From Desulfurococcales archaeon (GTDB taxonomy: Archaea > Thermoproteota > Thermoprotei_A > Sulfolobales > Acidilobaceae): DNA of 47,740 nucleotides. The translations under genes were made by a program, and so were the position numbers. The notes under the pieces are model-generated. The model did no database searches and was not told where the DNA came from. It saw only the letters and a program-made list of their open reading frames with translations. The stretch covers positions 1 through 47,740 of the forward strand of contig JALUZI010000235.1 in NCBI GenBank assembly GCA_027012045.1, written 5' to 3'. This document shows, piece by piece, positions 19,182 to 28,230 of this stretch. Numbering within the stretch: position 1 is the stretch's first letter; every line of letters starts with the position of its first letter.

Positions 19182-19457
19182 TTATCCGTCTTCAGACCTG
19201 TGGACTGCTGTATAAGCCTTGGACGCTATTTTCATGTGTTCTATAATGTCAATCACCGTGTTTTTGAGGGTAAGAATATCACGGCTGCTTTTAATTAACG
19301 TGCAAACCTTATAGTTTAACTCGTTCTCTGTGAGGTTTGACTCTAAACTAATATTCTCTGGAACACCTATCTTATCGTCTGGTGATAGAGCCCCTGAAAT
19401 TACCTCGATCTCCTTCAGCGGTCCTGTAACTTTTATCTTTACACAGAATTTAGCCAT
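19182..19457 (-). CDS. Second Pcc1-family protein (Pcc2-like paralog)
   Basis: 91 aa, ALSPDD and LTLKNTV.DI pattern; lies between the RecJ-like gene and rps3ae. Confidence 0.65.
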   Translation of the reverse strand: MAKFCVKIKVTGPLKEIEVISGALSPDDKIGVPENISLESNLTENELNYKVCTLIKSSRDILTLKNTVIDIIEHMKIASKAYTAVHRSEDG

Positions 19458-20718
19458 TCTTCAAGTTCACCACTGCATCGCTTATTTTTGCAACCATTTG
19501 GGCATCTAGTTTTTTGAGCAACATAGGGCCCTGTCCATATTCTATTTCTGGTATAGTTGTAATGTACGACTCGTCTTTCCTAGTCACAACCAACGAGTCT
19601 TCCTCTATAAAACCATAGAATCTTAAGTTAAATCCTATGATGTGAGTTAATTCCACCGGGATTCCGGGTATATAATACATGTTGAGCCATGGGTATTTTC
19701 TGACTCTCTCAAACCTGACGAATGATCGTTTAATAATATCTATCTGATCTACTAGTTTCTCGTACTCAACTAGATACCTATTGGCGAATGACTTGGGGTC
19801 GTAGACTAGTTCCATTACTGGGTTGAAACTTCCTTCCTTTGCTATTGCATAGTAGAGGATGTGTTTTAGGGTTACCATGTCAACTCCTGTTCTCTTGTAG
19901 AATATCACTTCTCCTACTAGATCCCGTGGATCTATCTTCTTCTTGGCATGGTCATTCATTTTCCTTGTTATCAACCTTAGGATTTGAGCCATATCCCTGT
20001 CCTCTATTTCCCTGGCTTTCTTTGACAGTAAATGCTCTATATTAAGCGATTTAAACTCCTCGACCAAAGATTCCTTGTCACCGGTTATACCAATTATTGC
20101 TGGCTCCAAGGTATAGTACAGAGACTCCGCTATCGTGTAGTAGTCTATGCCGTGTAGAATCAGTTCTTCCCTAGAATCAATATCTTCGAAACCCTTCCGA
20201 GACAACCAATCATTAAGATATGCGCGGTCTATTTCGGTTATGACGGGCTTTAAGCCTCTTGAGGCTAGGTACATAGATAACAGTGATAGTTGCGAGTATT
20301 CCTTAGTGAGCACCCCGGTGCTTTCAAGAAAACTGGTAACCGCTACTCCAAGACTAGAATTAAACTCGAGACAAAATGTGTTGGGTGACGGTGGCTCCGC
20401 AAGTTTACGTGTCAGGCAGACCCTCATATAATCGGATCGATTATCGCTTATTTTAGGAGAAGAATATCCAACTAGAATATGTGGTTCTTCAGCTATATTG
20501 GGTGGCGCAAGCCGTATAGATAAGATGCTGTGAACTCCGAGTCTTTGGAGGCCGAAGAACAGTATAGATGAAGCGAAAACCGATTCTATTGCTGGATAGG
20601 AGTAAATTCTTATCAACCCGTTTTCTACGCCGCTGTTTAAGAAATCCCTGGCAATACCGTCAAGTACCTCTCTCTTTGATTCCAAGTCGTTTCTATTAGA
20701 TATTTTTAGTGCTAGCAT
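19450..20718 (-). CDS. Degenerate RecJ/GAN (Cdc45-like) DHH-fold protein
   Basis: Occupies the rps15-X-pcc-rps3ae slot; retains SL.YTLEP...GITGD typical of archaeal GAN but has no DxDG, DHH or GGGH motif. Confidence 0.65.
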   Translation of the reverse strand: MLALKISNRNDLESKREVLDGIARDFLNSGVENGLIRIYSYPAIESVFASSILFFGLQRLGVHSILSIRLAPPNIAEEPHILVGYSSPKISDNRSDYMRVCLTRKLAEPPSPNTFCLEFNSSLGVAVTSFLESTGVLTKEYSQLSLLSMYLASRGLKPVITEIDRAYLNDWLSRKGFEDIDSREELILHGIDYYTIAESLYYTLEPAIIGITGDKESLVEEFKSLNIEHLLSKKAREIEDRDMAQILRLITRKMNDHAKKKIDPRDLVGEVIFYKRTGVDMVTLKHILYYAIAKEGSFNPVMELVYDPKSFANRYLVEYEKLVDQIDIIKRSFVRFERVRKYPWLNMYYIPGIPVELTHIIGFNLRFYGFIEEDSLVVTRKDESYITTIPEIEYGQGPMLLKKLDAQMVAKISDAVVNLKNG

Positions 20719-20822
20719 TGAAAGTCTCCCCTACAGGGTTTAGAGATTAAGTTGTCGTCTTTTATAAAACAATAGCGACATGCTGAAGGAAGAAGATAGA
20801 TTATAGAACTGGATGGGATTTA

Positions 20823-21287
20823 TCACATGCCCGCATATGACGCTACAAGATACTTGGCTTCTTCAGGGTTGTATTTCCAGTCGGCTGGGAGCTTACCTGT
20901 TCTCTTATAATATTTAGCCAGACGATGAATCTTGCTTTCGATTTCTATTAAACCTCTCTTACTATGGTAATCCTTTGGATGCTCGTCCAAGTGTCTCCTC
21001 AGGTTTACAGCCCTCCTAATAAGGTGGAACAGGTCTTCGGGAAGCGGAGGAGCAAGATTCTTCTCCTCAAGTATTTTGGTAAGCTTCTTGCCCAAATAGG
21101 GTTTAACCAGAGGAATGCCGAACTGGTCTCTGAGTATAACACCAATCATAGATGGACCGTATCCCTTCTTAGCCAGGTTCTCGATAATTATCTCTATTTC
21201 CTCGGGCCTATAAGGCACCCAGCTCGGAGGCATTAACGTCGCAGGCCTCGTTGAATGCGATTTACCCTTATCTCTCTTCTTGTTCAA
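20823..21287 (-). CDS. rps15: 30S ribosomal protein S15 (uS15/S13e)
   Basis: [33 protein letters not shown]. Confidence 0.99.
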   Translation of the reverse strand: MNKKRDKGKSHSTRPATLMPPSWVPYRPEEIEIIIENLAKKGYGPSMIGVILRDQFGIPLVKPYLGKKLTKILEEKNLAPPLPEDLFHLIRRAVNLRRHLDEHPKDYHSKRGLIEIESKIHRLAKYYKRTGKLPADWKYNPEEAKYLVASYAGM

Positions 21288-21336
21288 GCACTATGCACCC
21301 CCAATCATCAACACTCTAATACAGAGTCCCCGTTAT

Positions 21337-21924
21337 TTAAGGTTTTAATGGTTTCTGCCTAGAAACCCATTCAGCTAATTGCGTGAAAGCCCTATACCTA
21401 TGGCTGATAGTGTTCTTTATACGCTCCCCCAGCTCAGCCATAGTTCTATCATATCCCTCCGGAATGAATATTGGATCGAAACCGAATCCCTCTCTACCCC
21501 GGGGTTCTTCAGATATGCTACCGTGAACTATGCCGTTAAACGTCTTAACATACTGGCCACATATACATGTTAGTGAAGCCTTAAAGTATGCTCTCCTATC
21601 GCTTATGTTTTCCATTAACTTCACTATGCCATCGTTCCCTATTTTACGTTGTACATAGCTGGAGTATGGTCCGGGAAACCCGTTCAACGCTTTTATAAAC
21701 AAGCCGGAATCCTCTACTATGAGCGGCTTCTTTATCTCGTTATATGCCTGTATAGCTGCGTATCTAGATATTCTTTCTATACAGTCATCTTGGACTTCGA
21801 TTTTGGTGACATGGGAACCTTCAAGTTGTATATTCCACTTGCCGAGTATTTCCATAGCCTCCTTTATTTTGTGTTCGTTGGAAGTAACGAAGACTAGTTT
21901 AATTCTTCCTTCTTTCTTCGACAT
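21337..21924 (-). CDS. rdgB: XTP/dITP diphosphatase (RdgB/Ham1)
   Basis: TSN.HK..E, EDSGL..AL.GFPG.YS, GFGFDPIF, ISHR. Confidence 0.96.
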   Translation of the reverse strand: MSKKEGRIKLVFVTSNEHKIKEAMEILGKWNIQLEGSHVTKIEVQDDCIERISRYAAIQAYNEIKKPLIVEDSGLFIKALNGFPGPYSSYVQRKIGNDGIVKLMENISDRRAYFKASLTCICGQYVKTFNGIVHGSISEEPRGREGFGFDPIFIPEGYDRTMAELGERIKNTISHRYRAFTQLAEWVSRQKPLKP

Positions 21925-22600
21925 ACCTGCCTCTCAACTCCATATCCTTTAATCTCGCTACAACTTCCTTGTAAAAACTGCTTGCAATAATCGAGTATCC
22001 TTCTAACACCGCTTTATTTATGAACCCTAAATACCTGGGAAACGAGGATTCTATAGATTTCAGGAACACTCGGAGATCCATAGCTCTATCTTCTACATCC
22101 CCTGAGAACCGGCTTAAACCGAAGTCTATTATGCAAGGAAAGTTTCTGTCGGAACTATCCACGATAACATTTGAAACTGTGAAATCCCCGTGGACTATAT
22201 TAGCTTTGTGGAGCAGAGCAAGACTCTTCCCTATTTTAACAAATAAAGAGCTTAGATTGTATGCTTTTTCAAGTGAAGGGTAGATACTGCTAAGAACATT
22301 GTCGAGACGAGTACCTTCAAGCTTCTCCATCACAAGCATACCTTTAGAGATAGCGGCTACGAGTAGCCTCGGTACACAAACTCCATTGGATGCAGCTTTT
22401 TCCATAATCTTGGCTTCTAGTCTAGTTCTCCTATTAATCAGCTCTTCCGCTAGTACTGGATTCATGTACCTCCTTGGATACCTGTATTTCACAACCAAGG
22501 GTACCCCTAAATACCGGACTGAATATATAGCGGCTTCTGCCCCTAAAGCTATTTGTTGACCAGTCAATACATGTGATGCGAGAACTTCTAGTATATCCAT
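21899..22600 (-). CDS. bud32: KEOPS kinase Bud32
   Basis: GAEA, K.R, HGDFT.SN, IDFGL, EDRAMDL, RGRY. Confidence 0.95.
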   Translation of the reverse strand: MDILEVLASHVLTGQQIALGAEAAIYSVRYLGVPLVVKYRYPRRYMNPVLAEELINRRTRLEAKIMEKAASNGVCVPRLLVAAISKGMLVMEKLEGTRLDNVLSSIYPSLEKAYNLSSLFVKIGKSLALLHKANIVHGDFTVSNVIVDSSDRNFPCIIDFGLSRFSGDVEDRAMDLRVFLKSIESSFPRYLGFINKAVLEGYSIIASSFYKEVVARLKDMELRGRYVEERRKN

Positions 22601-23646
22601 GGAATGTCAACCTCTGTTATACGCCATCTTTGCCTTGCAACTGCCGCTTCCACCGGTATTGTGACTCCGTGGGCTAAGCCGAGTAAACCCGTCCAAGCAA
22701 TCATTACTCCGTTATCTCCTGCATATTTCTTGCTTACCCTACAGTACTTTATCCCTCTCTCCTCGCTTAGAGCCTTGTATTTATTGTGGAGATAATCGTT
22801 TGCAGCTACTCCTCCCACCATCAACAATGATTCCTTACCGGTGCTGCTTAGAGCTCTTTCTGTGGCTTCTAGAAGCTCGGTGAACGCTATCTCTCTCAGA
22901 GTATAACAGACGTCATATAGGCTTCCTGGGCTATTCTTTAAGTGGCTTAGGGAAGCTGTTAGTAATCCTGAATACGAAATATCTTGGCCTTTAACAGTGT
23001 ATGGGAATCCTTTGATGAAAGAGCCTTTTTCCGCGCAGATGTCGATGGCATGTTTCCCATTGACTATGTATGGCGGTGAGATGCCTGTTTCTCTTGCAAA
23101 TGTATCTAGTAAATTGCCAAGTGCTATATCCAGGGTTTCGCCTACAACTCGGTATTTTCCCTCTTTGTAAACTATGAGTTGAGTGTTTCCACCCGATATA
23201 TAAACTATCAAGGGGTCTTGGAGCTTGCATTCTAGTCTTCCTATTTCAATGTGGGCAACGGCATGGTTCACTGGTATTAAAGGCTTTCTCAGACTTAGAG
23301 AAAGAGCCCTCGCCAGTGTTATACCTACTCTTAACTGAGGACCTATTCCCGGGCCTAAGGCAACTGCTATTCCATCTATAGCTGATGGATCACTAATTTC
23401 CGAGAATACCTCTTTTAGCGCCTTATCAACACTGGATACCATAAACTCGGTGACCAGGCGGGGGTGCAAACCTCCCTTTATAGGATTGTATTTGAAGCGG
23501 GCATCCACGAGGACTTTGAAAGGAGGGTATGAGACTACTCCCACTCCTAGGGTATGGGCAGTGGATTCTATGCCAAGAACCGTTATGGGTTCACTTCCTC
23601 TTCTTTGAGGGAGGTTGTATAAATTCTGTATATCCGCATTTTCCAC
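22588..23646 (-). CDS. kae1: tRNA t6A threonylcarbamoyltransferase Kae1
   Basis: [35 protein letters not shown]. Start set at GTG 23646 behind GAGGTG; overlaps rps27ae. Confidence 0.97.
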   Translation of the reverse strand: MENADIQNLYNLPQRRGSEPITVLGIESTAHTLGVGVVSYPPFKVLVDARFKYNPIKGGLHPRLVTEFMVSSVDKALKEVFSEISDPSAIDGIAVALGPGIGPQLRVGITLARALSLSLRKPLIPVNHAVAHIEIGRLECKLQDPLIVYISGGNTQLIVYKEGKYRVVGETLDIALGNLLDTFARETGISPPYIVNGKHAIDICAEKGSFIKGFPYTVKGQDISYSGLLTASLSHLKNSPGSLYDVCYTLREIAFTELLEATERALSSTGKESLLMVGGVAANDYLHNKYKALSEERGIKYCRVSKKYAGDNGVMIAWTGLLGLAHGVTIPVEAAVARQRWRITEVDIPWIY

Positions 23647-23773
23647 AGTGCCACCTCTCAACAGGCTTCTTATGGTAACCCATTATGCTACCGCATCTTG
23701 GGCATTTCTTGTTTTTCAGTCTTATGGTTCCCTTATCATAGTCGTATTCATAAAGTTTATGCACCCAAGCCAT
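23591..23773 (-). CDS. rps27ae: 30S ribosomal protein S27Ae (eS31)
   Basis: CPRCG...H...R..CGKCGYT zinc ribbon. Confidence 0.97.
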   Translation of the reverse strand: MAWVHKLYEYDYDKGTIRLKNKKCPRCGSIMGYHKKPVERWHCGKCGYTEFIQPPSKKRK

Positions 23774-23791
23774 TAGGCATCACCTATCCTT

Positions 23792-24127
23792 TTACTCTTC
23801 GAATCCCTCTACTCCTCCGTTTCTGTCTATTATATATTTCGACTCGAATTTTAGTGCCCTTTCAACTGTATCATATATATTTACAATAGCCTTCGACTCT
23901 GCTTTACCGTACTCGGAACGTATGGATTTGACGTAGACCCTCTTCATGTCCGCTCCATAAGCGTTTGCCACAGCCATCCTTATGGAGAACCTCATAGGTG
24001 TTCCTTGTCCAGGATGAGATATTGTTAAGTACAGCTTCTTCTTACCAACCAGAGGGTTGTAGATCTCCTTGGACACTACAGCTGTAACTCCCTCACCTAT
24101 CTGTATTTGCTTACCCTCTCCGCTCAA
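23792..24127 (-). CDS. rps24e: 30S ribosomal protein S24e
   Basis: NPL, H.GQGTP.R, S.YG...S, E..YII.RN. Confidence 0.95.
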   Translation of the reverse strand: MSGEGKQIQIGEGVTAVVSKEIYNPLVGKKKLYLTISHPGQGTPMRFSIRMAVANAYGADMKRVYVKSIRSEYGKAESKAIVNIYDTVERALKFESKYIIDRNGGVEGFEE

Positions 24128-24191
24128 AGCTATAACACCCTACCTCACTACATCGGTATTATCAGGCATTCCATAAATAGGCTTATATGTC

Positions 24192-24725
24192 TTACATGCA
24201 TTCAACTGGTTCTAGATATAGAATCCTGATGGAGGCCATATACCTAACTAGTTGATCGATGAAAAACGCGGCAATACCTACGCCCGGTACACCGTACAGA
24301 ACCACTGAGTTCAATGGTGCACAGGAGAGTGCTGGGAGAGCTAGCATATCCTCTTCTCCGTCTACTAATATAGTGTAGCACTCGGCTCCTTCATCCTTAC
24401 TGGAGAGAACTTTACATATCACTTCCATTGCTTCCAGTGAGAGTTTGCCCTTCGGGTTAACGGTTTTCAGCACCTTACATCCTCGAAGTTCTTTCATTAA
24501 ATCAATATGTAAAAATTCATTTCTCCTTGTCCTACCATCGATCACTGAAACGAATGGTTTAACACCGTTTTTGATCAGAGACCCTGTAACCACGTCACCT
24601 ATAGAAATAACTTTTTTATCCTTCAGATTATCTCGAATCCATCCATCAATATTTTCAGTTACTATTTCCCCTCTCGGTATCGCATAATCTATCCTCACAT
24701 CTTTAGGTATATTCAAACATTTCAT
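24192..24725 (-). CDS. GTP-dependent dephospho-CoA kinase (DUF359)
   Basis: IGDVVT, IDGRTRR, NP.G, VDGEED.L.LP, YG.PG.G. Confidence 0.9.
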   Translation of the reverse strand: MKCLNIPKDVRIDYAIPRGEIVTENIDGWIRDNLKDKKVISIGDVVTGSLIKNGVKPFVSVIDGRTRRNEFLHIDLMKELRGCKVLKTVNPKGKLSLEAMEVICKVLSSKDEGAECYTILVDGEEDMLALPALSCAPLNSVVLYGVPGVGIAAFFIDQLVRYMASIRILYLEPVECM

Positions 24726-24727
24726 TA

Positions 24728-24964
24728 CTACTTCAATACCACCTTTCCTCCAACCTTAATGGCATAGATTCCGGGCTTGTCCGGCCTATTAATCATCTTG
24801 GCAACAAGTGATTTGCCCGGATCTATTATTATGATCATACCTTCCCAGTCTTCTGTGAAACTAGTAGAACCACAGTAGGGGCAGCTTTTAGCGTCTAAGG
24901 GAACCAGGCCTCCGCATTTCTTGCACGCCTTGAATATGGGTCTCCTAGTCCTCCTGTAACTCAT
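24728..24964 (-). CDS. spt4: Transcription elongation factor Spt4 (RpoE'')
   Basis: KAC..C, CP.CGS, W.G.III..P..S.VA, PG.YA.KV. Confidence 0.96.
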   Translation of the reverse strand: MSYRRTRRPIFKACKKCGGLVPLDAKSCPYCGSTSFTEDWEGMIIIIDPGKSLVAKMINRPDKPGIYAIKVGGKVVLK

Positions 24965-25530
24965 GACTCAGCCACCTTGGCTTTCTCGGCCTCAATCCAG
25001 TCTTCTTTGCCTAGGAATGGCTGCCTCATGGTTAAACCTACTTTCACCCATCCACTCTTAGTGGATATCTGTACAACTCTAGCTCTTACTACATCACCTA
25101 GTTCAACTATCCTATTAGTCTTAACTCCGATGAACGCGTTCCTTGAAGGATCGTATTTAACAGGCTCATCCATAATTTGAGTTTTATGGACTAGCCCCTC
25201 TACAGGGCCTATGTTAACGAAGAGACCGAAGTTCTTAACGTCGATTACCTTGCCTCTAACCACTTCATTCAACAGCGGCTTGTAACTTAGTACATCGAAT
25301 TCCACTTCAACATATATCCTAGGATCGCCAGGAACTATTATTCCCTGAGACAGTATCTCCAAGTTGTCTACTGAGAGTATAATCCCTAGGTCCTCATCGT
25401 TTCTACCTTCTAGGCCTTCTACGAAATCCTTTCTAAGGAGCTCTAATGCAACCTCTTTAAGGCTACGCCCTTCATACATCATGTTCGGAGGCACTTTCAA
25501 TACTTTCCTGACCCTCGATAGATAATACAT
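24961..25530 (-). CDS. rpoE1: RNA polymerase subunit Rpo7 (RpoE')
   Basis: VPP, G.IVPGD, FG.FVNIGP.EGLVH..QIMD, GLTMRQPFLGK; start set at ATG 25530. Confidence 0.96.
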   Translation of the reverse strand: MYYLSRVRKVLKVPPNMMYEGRSLKEVALELLRKDFVEGLEGRNDEDLGIILSVDNLEILSQGIIVPGDPRIYVEVEFDVLSYKPLLNEVVRGKVIDVKNFGLFVNIGPVEGLVHKTQIMDEPVKYDPSRNAFIGVKTNRIVELGDVVRARVVQISTKSGWVKVGLTMRQPFLGKEDWIEAEKAKVAES

Positions 25531-25621
25531 TTCTAGCCATCCCCGAGCTTCTAAAACCGTGAGCCTCATAGGTATTTAAAACAAATACCCTTTATAATTA
25601 TAGCTTGTAAGTACTGTTTGA

Positions 25622-26080
25622 TTAAATGATCTCAAACCTGTTCTCCGTTCTCCTCAGGAAAACAGTTGCAACACCGAGATCCCTAGCCCTTCTCCTTAGG
25701 TCTTTGTCGAGGGTTGCTACAACCACTTTGCATCCTAACCGCTTCAAAGTGAGGGCCATACTATAGATGTCGTCATCGGCGCTATCTGTTGTACTTCTTT
25801 TCACTATGTAGAACTCGTGTGAAGATTTTTCAATTACTTTCTTTGCGACTGAAGCTTTTGAACGAATAGAGAACCGTGGATTATTTAGGTGCCTCTCTAA
25901 CTCTTGGAGAACTGACTTCGGTATCAGAAAAACGGGTTTTCCCTCGAAAACGTCTAGCAGAGACTCTAGGGAGGGTCTTCCTGTTCCGATTGCCATTAAC
26001 ACGCTAGTATCAACAATAACTAACAATAAACCTTTACTACACTTTTGGATTATATCCTCTGTTTCTATTTGCCTAATCAT
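25622..26080 (-). CDS. PIN-domain protein (Fcf1/Utp24-like)
   Basis: IVDTS, V..EL, ADD.I, VATLDK.LR; conserved position between aIF2-gamma and rpoE'. Confidence 0.88.
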   Translation of the reverse strand: MIRQIETEDIIQKCSKGLLLVIVDTSVLMAIGTGRPSLESLLDVFEGKPVFLIPKSVLQELERHLNNPRFSIRSKASVAKKVIEKSSHEFYIVKRSTTDSADDDIYSMALTLKRLGCKVVVATLDKDLRRRARDLGVATVFLRRTENRFEII

Positions 26081-26086
26081 GTTGTT

Positions 26087-27340
26087 CTAGTCCTTTATAA
26101 CGCCCCATCCTACAAGTCTCCATCTACCATGTACTTGTTTGCTGATCGCAACTCTAGCACCAGGCCATCCCACTACTGGGCGTTTCAATACTATTTCAAG
26201 TTCATCCTTGCTCACCCTAGTAGTTATTCCAAGAGTGATAGCCGTACCAACAGTGAGCATCAAGGGTTCTCTTACATTAAGCTTGTCTATACGGACAAGC
26301 TCCTTAAGCCCTACAACACGCTCTAGCAAGTGATATTCTATTCTAAGAGAATTATAAACCGGTGGCAGCGTGCCGGGCTTACCGATAGCGTTTCCCACAA
26401 GGTTGTCCGCTTTTGTTACCGAGGGATCCAGTTTAGTTCCTATGGCCACCAGCCCACCTGGCTTTGCTTCTTTTACACTTATGTTTCCGAATTTGAGGCT
26501 CTCAATAGTAGTTGTTAATGGCTCGTATACTGTTTTTCCACCGGGTTTAACTAGCCTTATACCCGGCTTGATCTCTATCTCGTCTCCTACTCTGAACACA
26601 CCTTGAATAATACTACCTCCTATGACACCGCCGACAAGTTTGTCTGGAGGTGTACCTGGCTTGTTGACATCGAAGCTCCTGGCTATAAACATGAGAGGGT
26701 CCTTAGTCAGGTCCTTGGGTTTCGTTGGGAGATACTTTTCCATAGCCATTAAAAGCACATCTATGTTTATTTTATGTAACGCGCTTACCGGAATTATTGG
26801 AGCGTTTTCAGCCCAGGTTCCTTTAAGGAATTCTTTTATCTCCTTGTAGTTCTCTCTTGCTCTTTCAGGGCTTACAGCATCTACCTTGTTCTGCACAACA
26901 ACCAGGTTTCTAACACCGATAATGCCCAGAGCCATGAAATGCTCGTATGTCTGGGGCTGCGGACACTTCTCGTTGGCCGCGATCACTAGGATTGCCCCAT
27001 CCATGAGTGCTGCTCCCGACAACATTGTCGCCATTAGGATCTCGTGTCCCGGGGCGTCTACGTATGAAACTCTCCTTCTAAGTTTTGGTTCTCCTTTACC
27101 GCAGGGGCATTCTGGCTGTGGAGAATATCCCTCGGGTTCTCCGCATTCTTCGCAGAACCAAATGTCTCCATCGGCGTAGCCTAGCTTGATTGTCATCCCC
27201 CTCTTTAACTCTTCGCTGTGACGAGATGTCCATACACCTGTAAGTGCCTGGACTAGAGTGGTCTTTCCATGATCCACGTGTCCGACGACTCCAATGTTAA
27301 CCTCTGGCTGGACCTTAGCTTTCTCTACCACAACCCACAC
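26087..27340 (-). CDS. eif2g: Translation initiation factor 2 gamma subunit
   Basis: [25 protein letters not shown], zinc knuckle, DAPGHE, NKVD, RWRL.GWG. Confidence 0.99.
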   Translation of the reverse strand: MWVVVEKAKVQPEVNIGVVGHVDHGKTTLVQALTGVWTSRHSEELKRGMTIKLGYADGDIWFCEECGEPEGYSPQPECPCGKGEPKLRRRVSYVDAPGHEILMATMLSGAALMDGAILVIAANEKCPQPQTYEHFMALGIIGVRNLVVVQNKVDAVSPERARENYKEIKEFLKGTWAENAPIIPVSALHKINIDVLLMAMEKYLPTKPKDLTKDPLMFIARSFDVNKPGTPPDKLVGGVIGGSIIQGVFRVGDEIEIKPGIRLVKPGGKTVYEPLTTTIESLKFGNISVKEAKPGGLVAIGTKLDPSVTKADNLVGNAIGKPGTLPPVYNSLRIEYHLLERVVGLKELVRIDKLNVREPLMLTVGTAITLGITTRVSKDELEIVLKRPVVGWPGARVAISKQVHGRWRLVGWGVIKD

Positions 27341-27407
27341 CTATGGATGAATTAGATATTCTATGGGAATATTAAGCGTTTAAAAGTGGAGTAGTGAAAT
27401 AACTGGT

Positions 27408-28109
27408 TTACTTGTAGACTATAACAGTGTTAAGCTGGGCTAGTGCGGTTTTCCTCCTTTCTCCTCTAGGATCCGGTATAGTGTTACCCCTGATTAGCTT
27501 CCTCCTTCTTTCACCGTCTTCCCTAGGATGGAACCCCGGTGGGCTCGATATTAGTATTCTCTTTCTAATAGCTCCCGGCACATCAGGCCTCATAGGTATG
27601 CCAGTAGCGTCTGTTCCACCCGTTATTCTAAGACGTTTCCCTGGCAATCCTACGAGTCCTCCGTCGAACTCGTCTTTTATTTTGAGACCGGAAAGTTTTA
27701 TCGCGACATCCTCTGGGACGGCTATTTGCCATGCCTTGGCCCGGAACGCCTCGGCTTCGGCTTCCATTTCACCCACAGCTTCCCCTATCAACTCGATGTT
27801 TATGTGGACCTCGTCGTCGGGTAAGTCTTCTCTGACTATCACCTTGAACGGTATGTTTATTCTCTTATCATCCTTCGTGAATCTAATGGTGAGAACTCCT
27901 ATTTCCCCTAGTTTCAGTTCATCAAAAATTTTCTTACTGACAAGAGCTACTGGAAGCATACTTCTCTCTTGGTCTTTTTTCTTCACCATTTCAGGTTTAA
28001 GCTCTAATGCGCTGTCATCGGATCCTTTCACTTTTACCTTAAGTATTTTCTCTCCAGCCTTGGGGTCCGAGATGACTACTCTCAGAGGGGGTCTTTCCAT
28101 GTAACTCAT
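27408..28109 (-). CDS. rps6e: 30S ribosomal protein S6e (long form with internal insertion)
   Basis: VVISDP, ITGG.D..G.PMRPD, GERRRK.IRGN, QLN; about 100 extra residues after SDP. Confidence 0.95.
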   Translation of the reverse strand: MSYMERPPLRVVISDPKAGEKILKVKVKGSDDSALELKPEMVKKKDQERSMLPVALVSKKIFDELKLGEIGVLTIRFTKDDKRINIPFKVIVREDLPDDEVHINIELIGEAVGEMEAEAEAFRAKAWQIAVPEDVAIKLSGLKIKDEFDGGLVGLPGKRLRITGGTDATGIPMRPDVPGAIRKRILISSPPGFHPREDGERRRKLIRGNTIPDPRGERRKTALAQLNTVIVYK

Positions 28110-28120
28110 ATCACATCACC

Positions 28121-28156
28121 GCCGGTCCCCACCATTCATGTGCAGCGGGGGCCAGC
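28121..28156 (-). promoter_or_regulatory. GC-rich hairpin in the predicted rps6e 5' leader
   Basis: Minus-strand GCUGGCCCCCGCUG pairs with UGGUGGGGACCGGC at 13 of 14 positions (4 G-U); abuts the SD GGUGA; TATA TTTATATT at 28190-28183. Confidence 0.5.
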
Positions 28157-28230
28157 ATGGATTGAGTAGCTGTCTTGGAGTCAATATAAATCCTTTCCCG
28201 CAAAACAATTCATCCCCTGGGCGGTAGGTA

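Noticed and set aside
27427..28104. Long antisense ORFs (225 aa opposite rps6e; also 1990-2640, 17335-17859, 40737-41180 and others)
   Set aside because: Shadow or alternative frames of well-conserved genes, with biased composition and no recognisable motifs.
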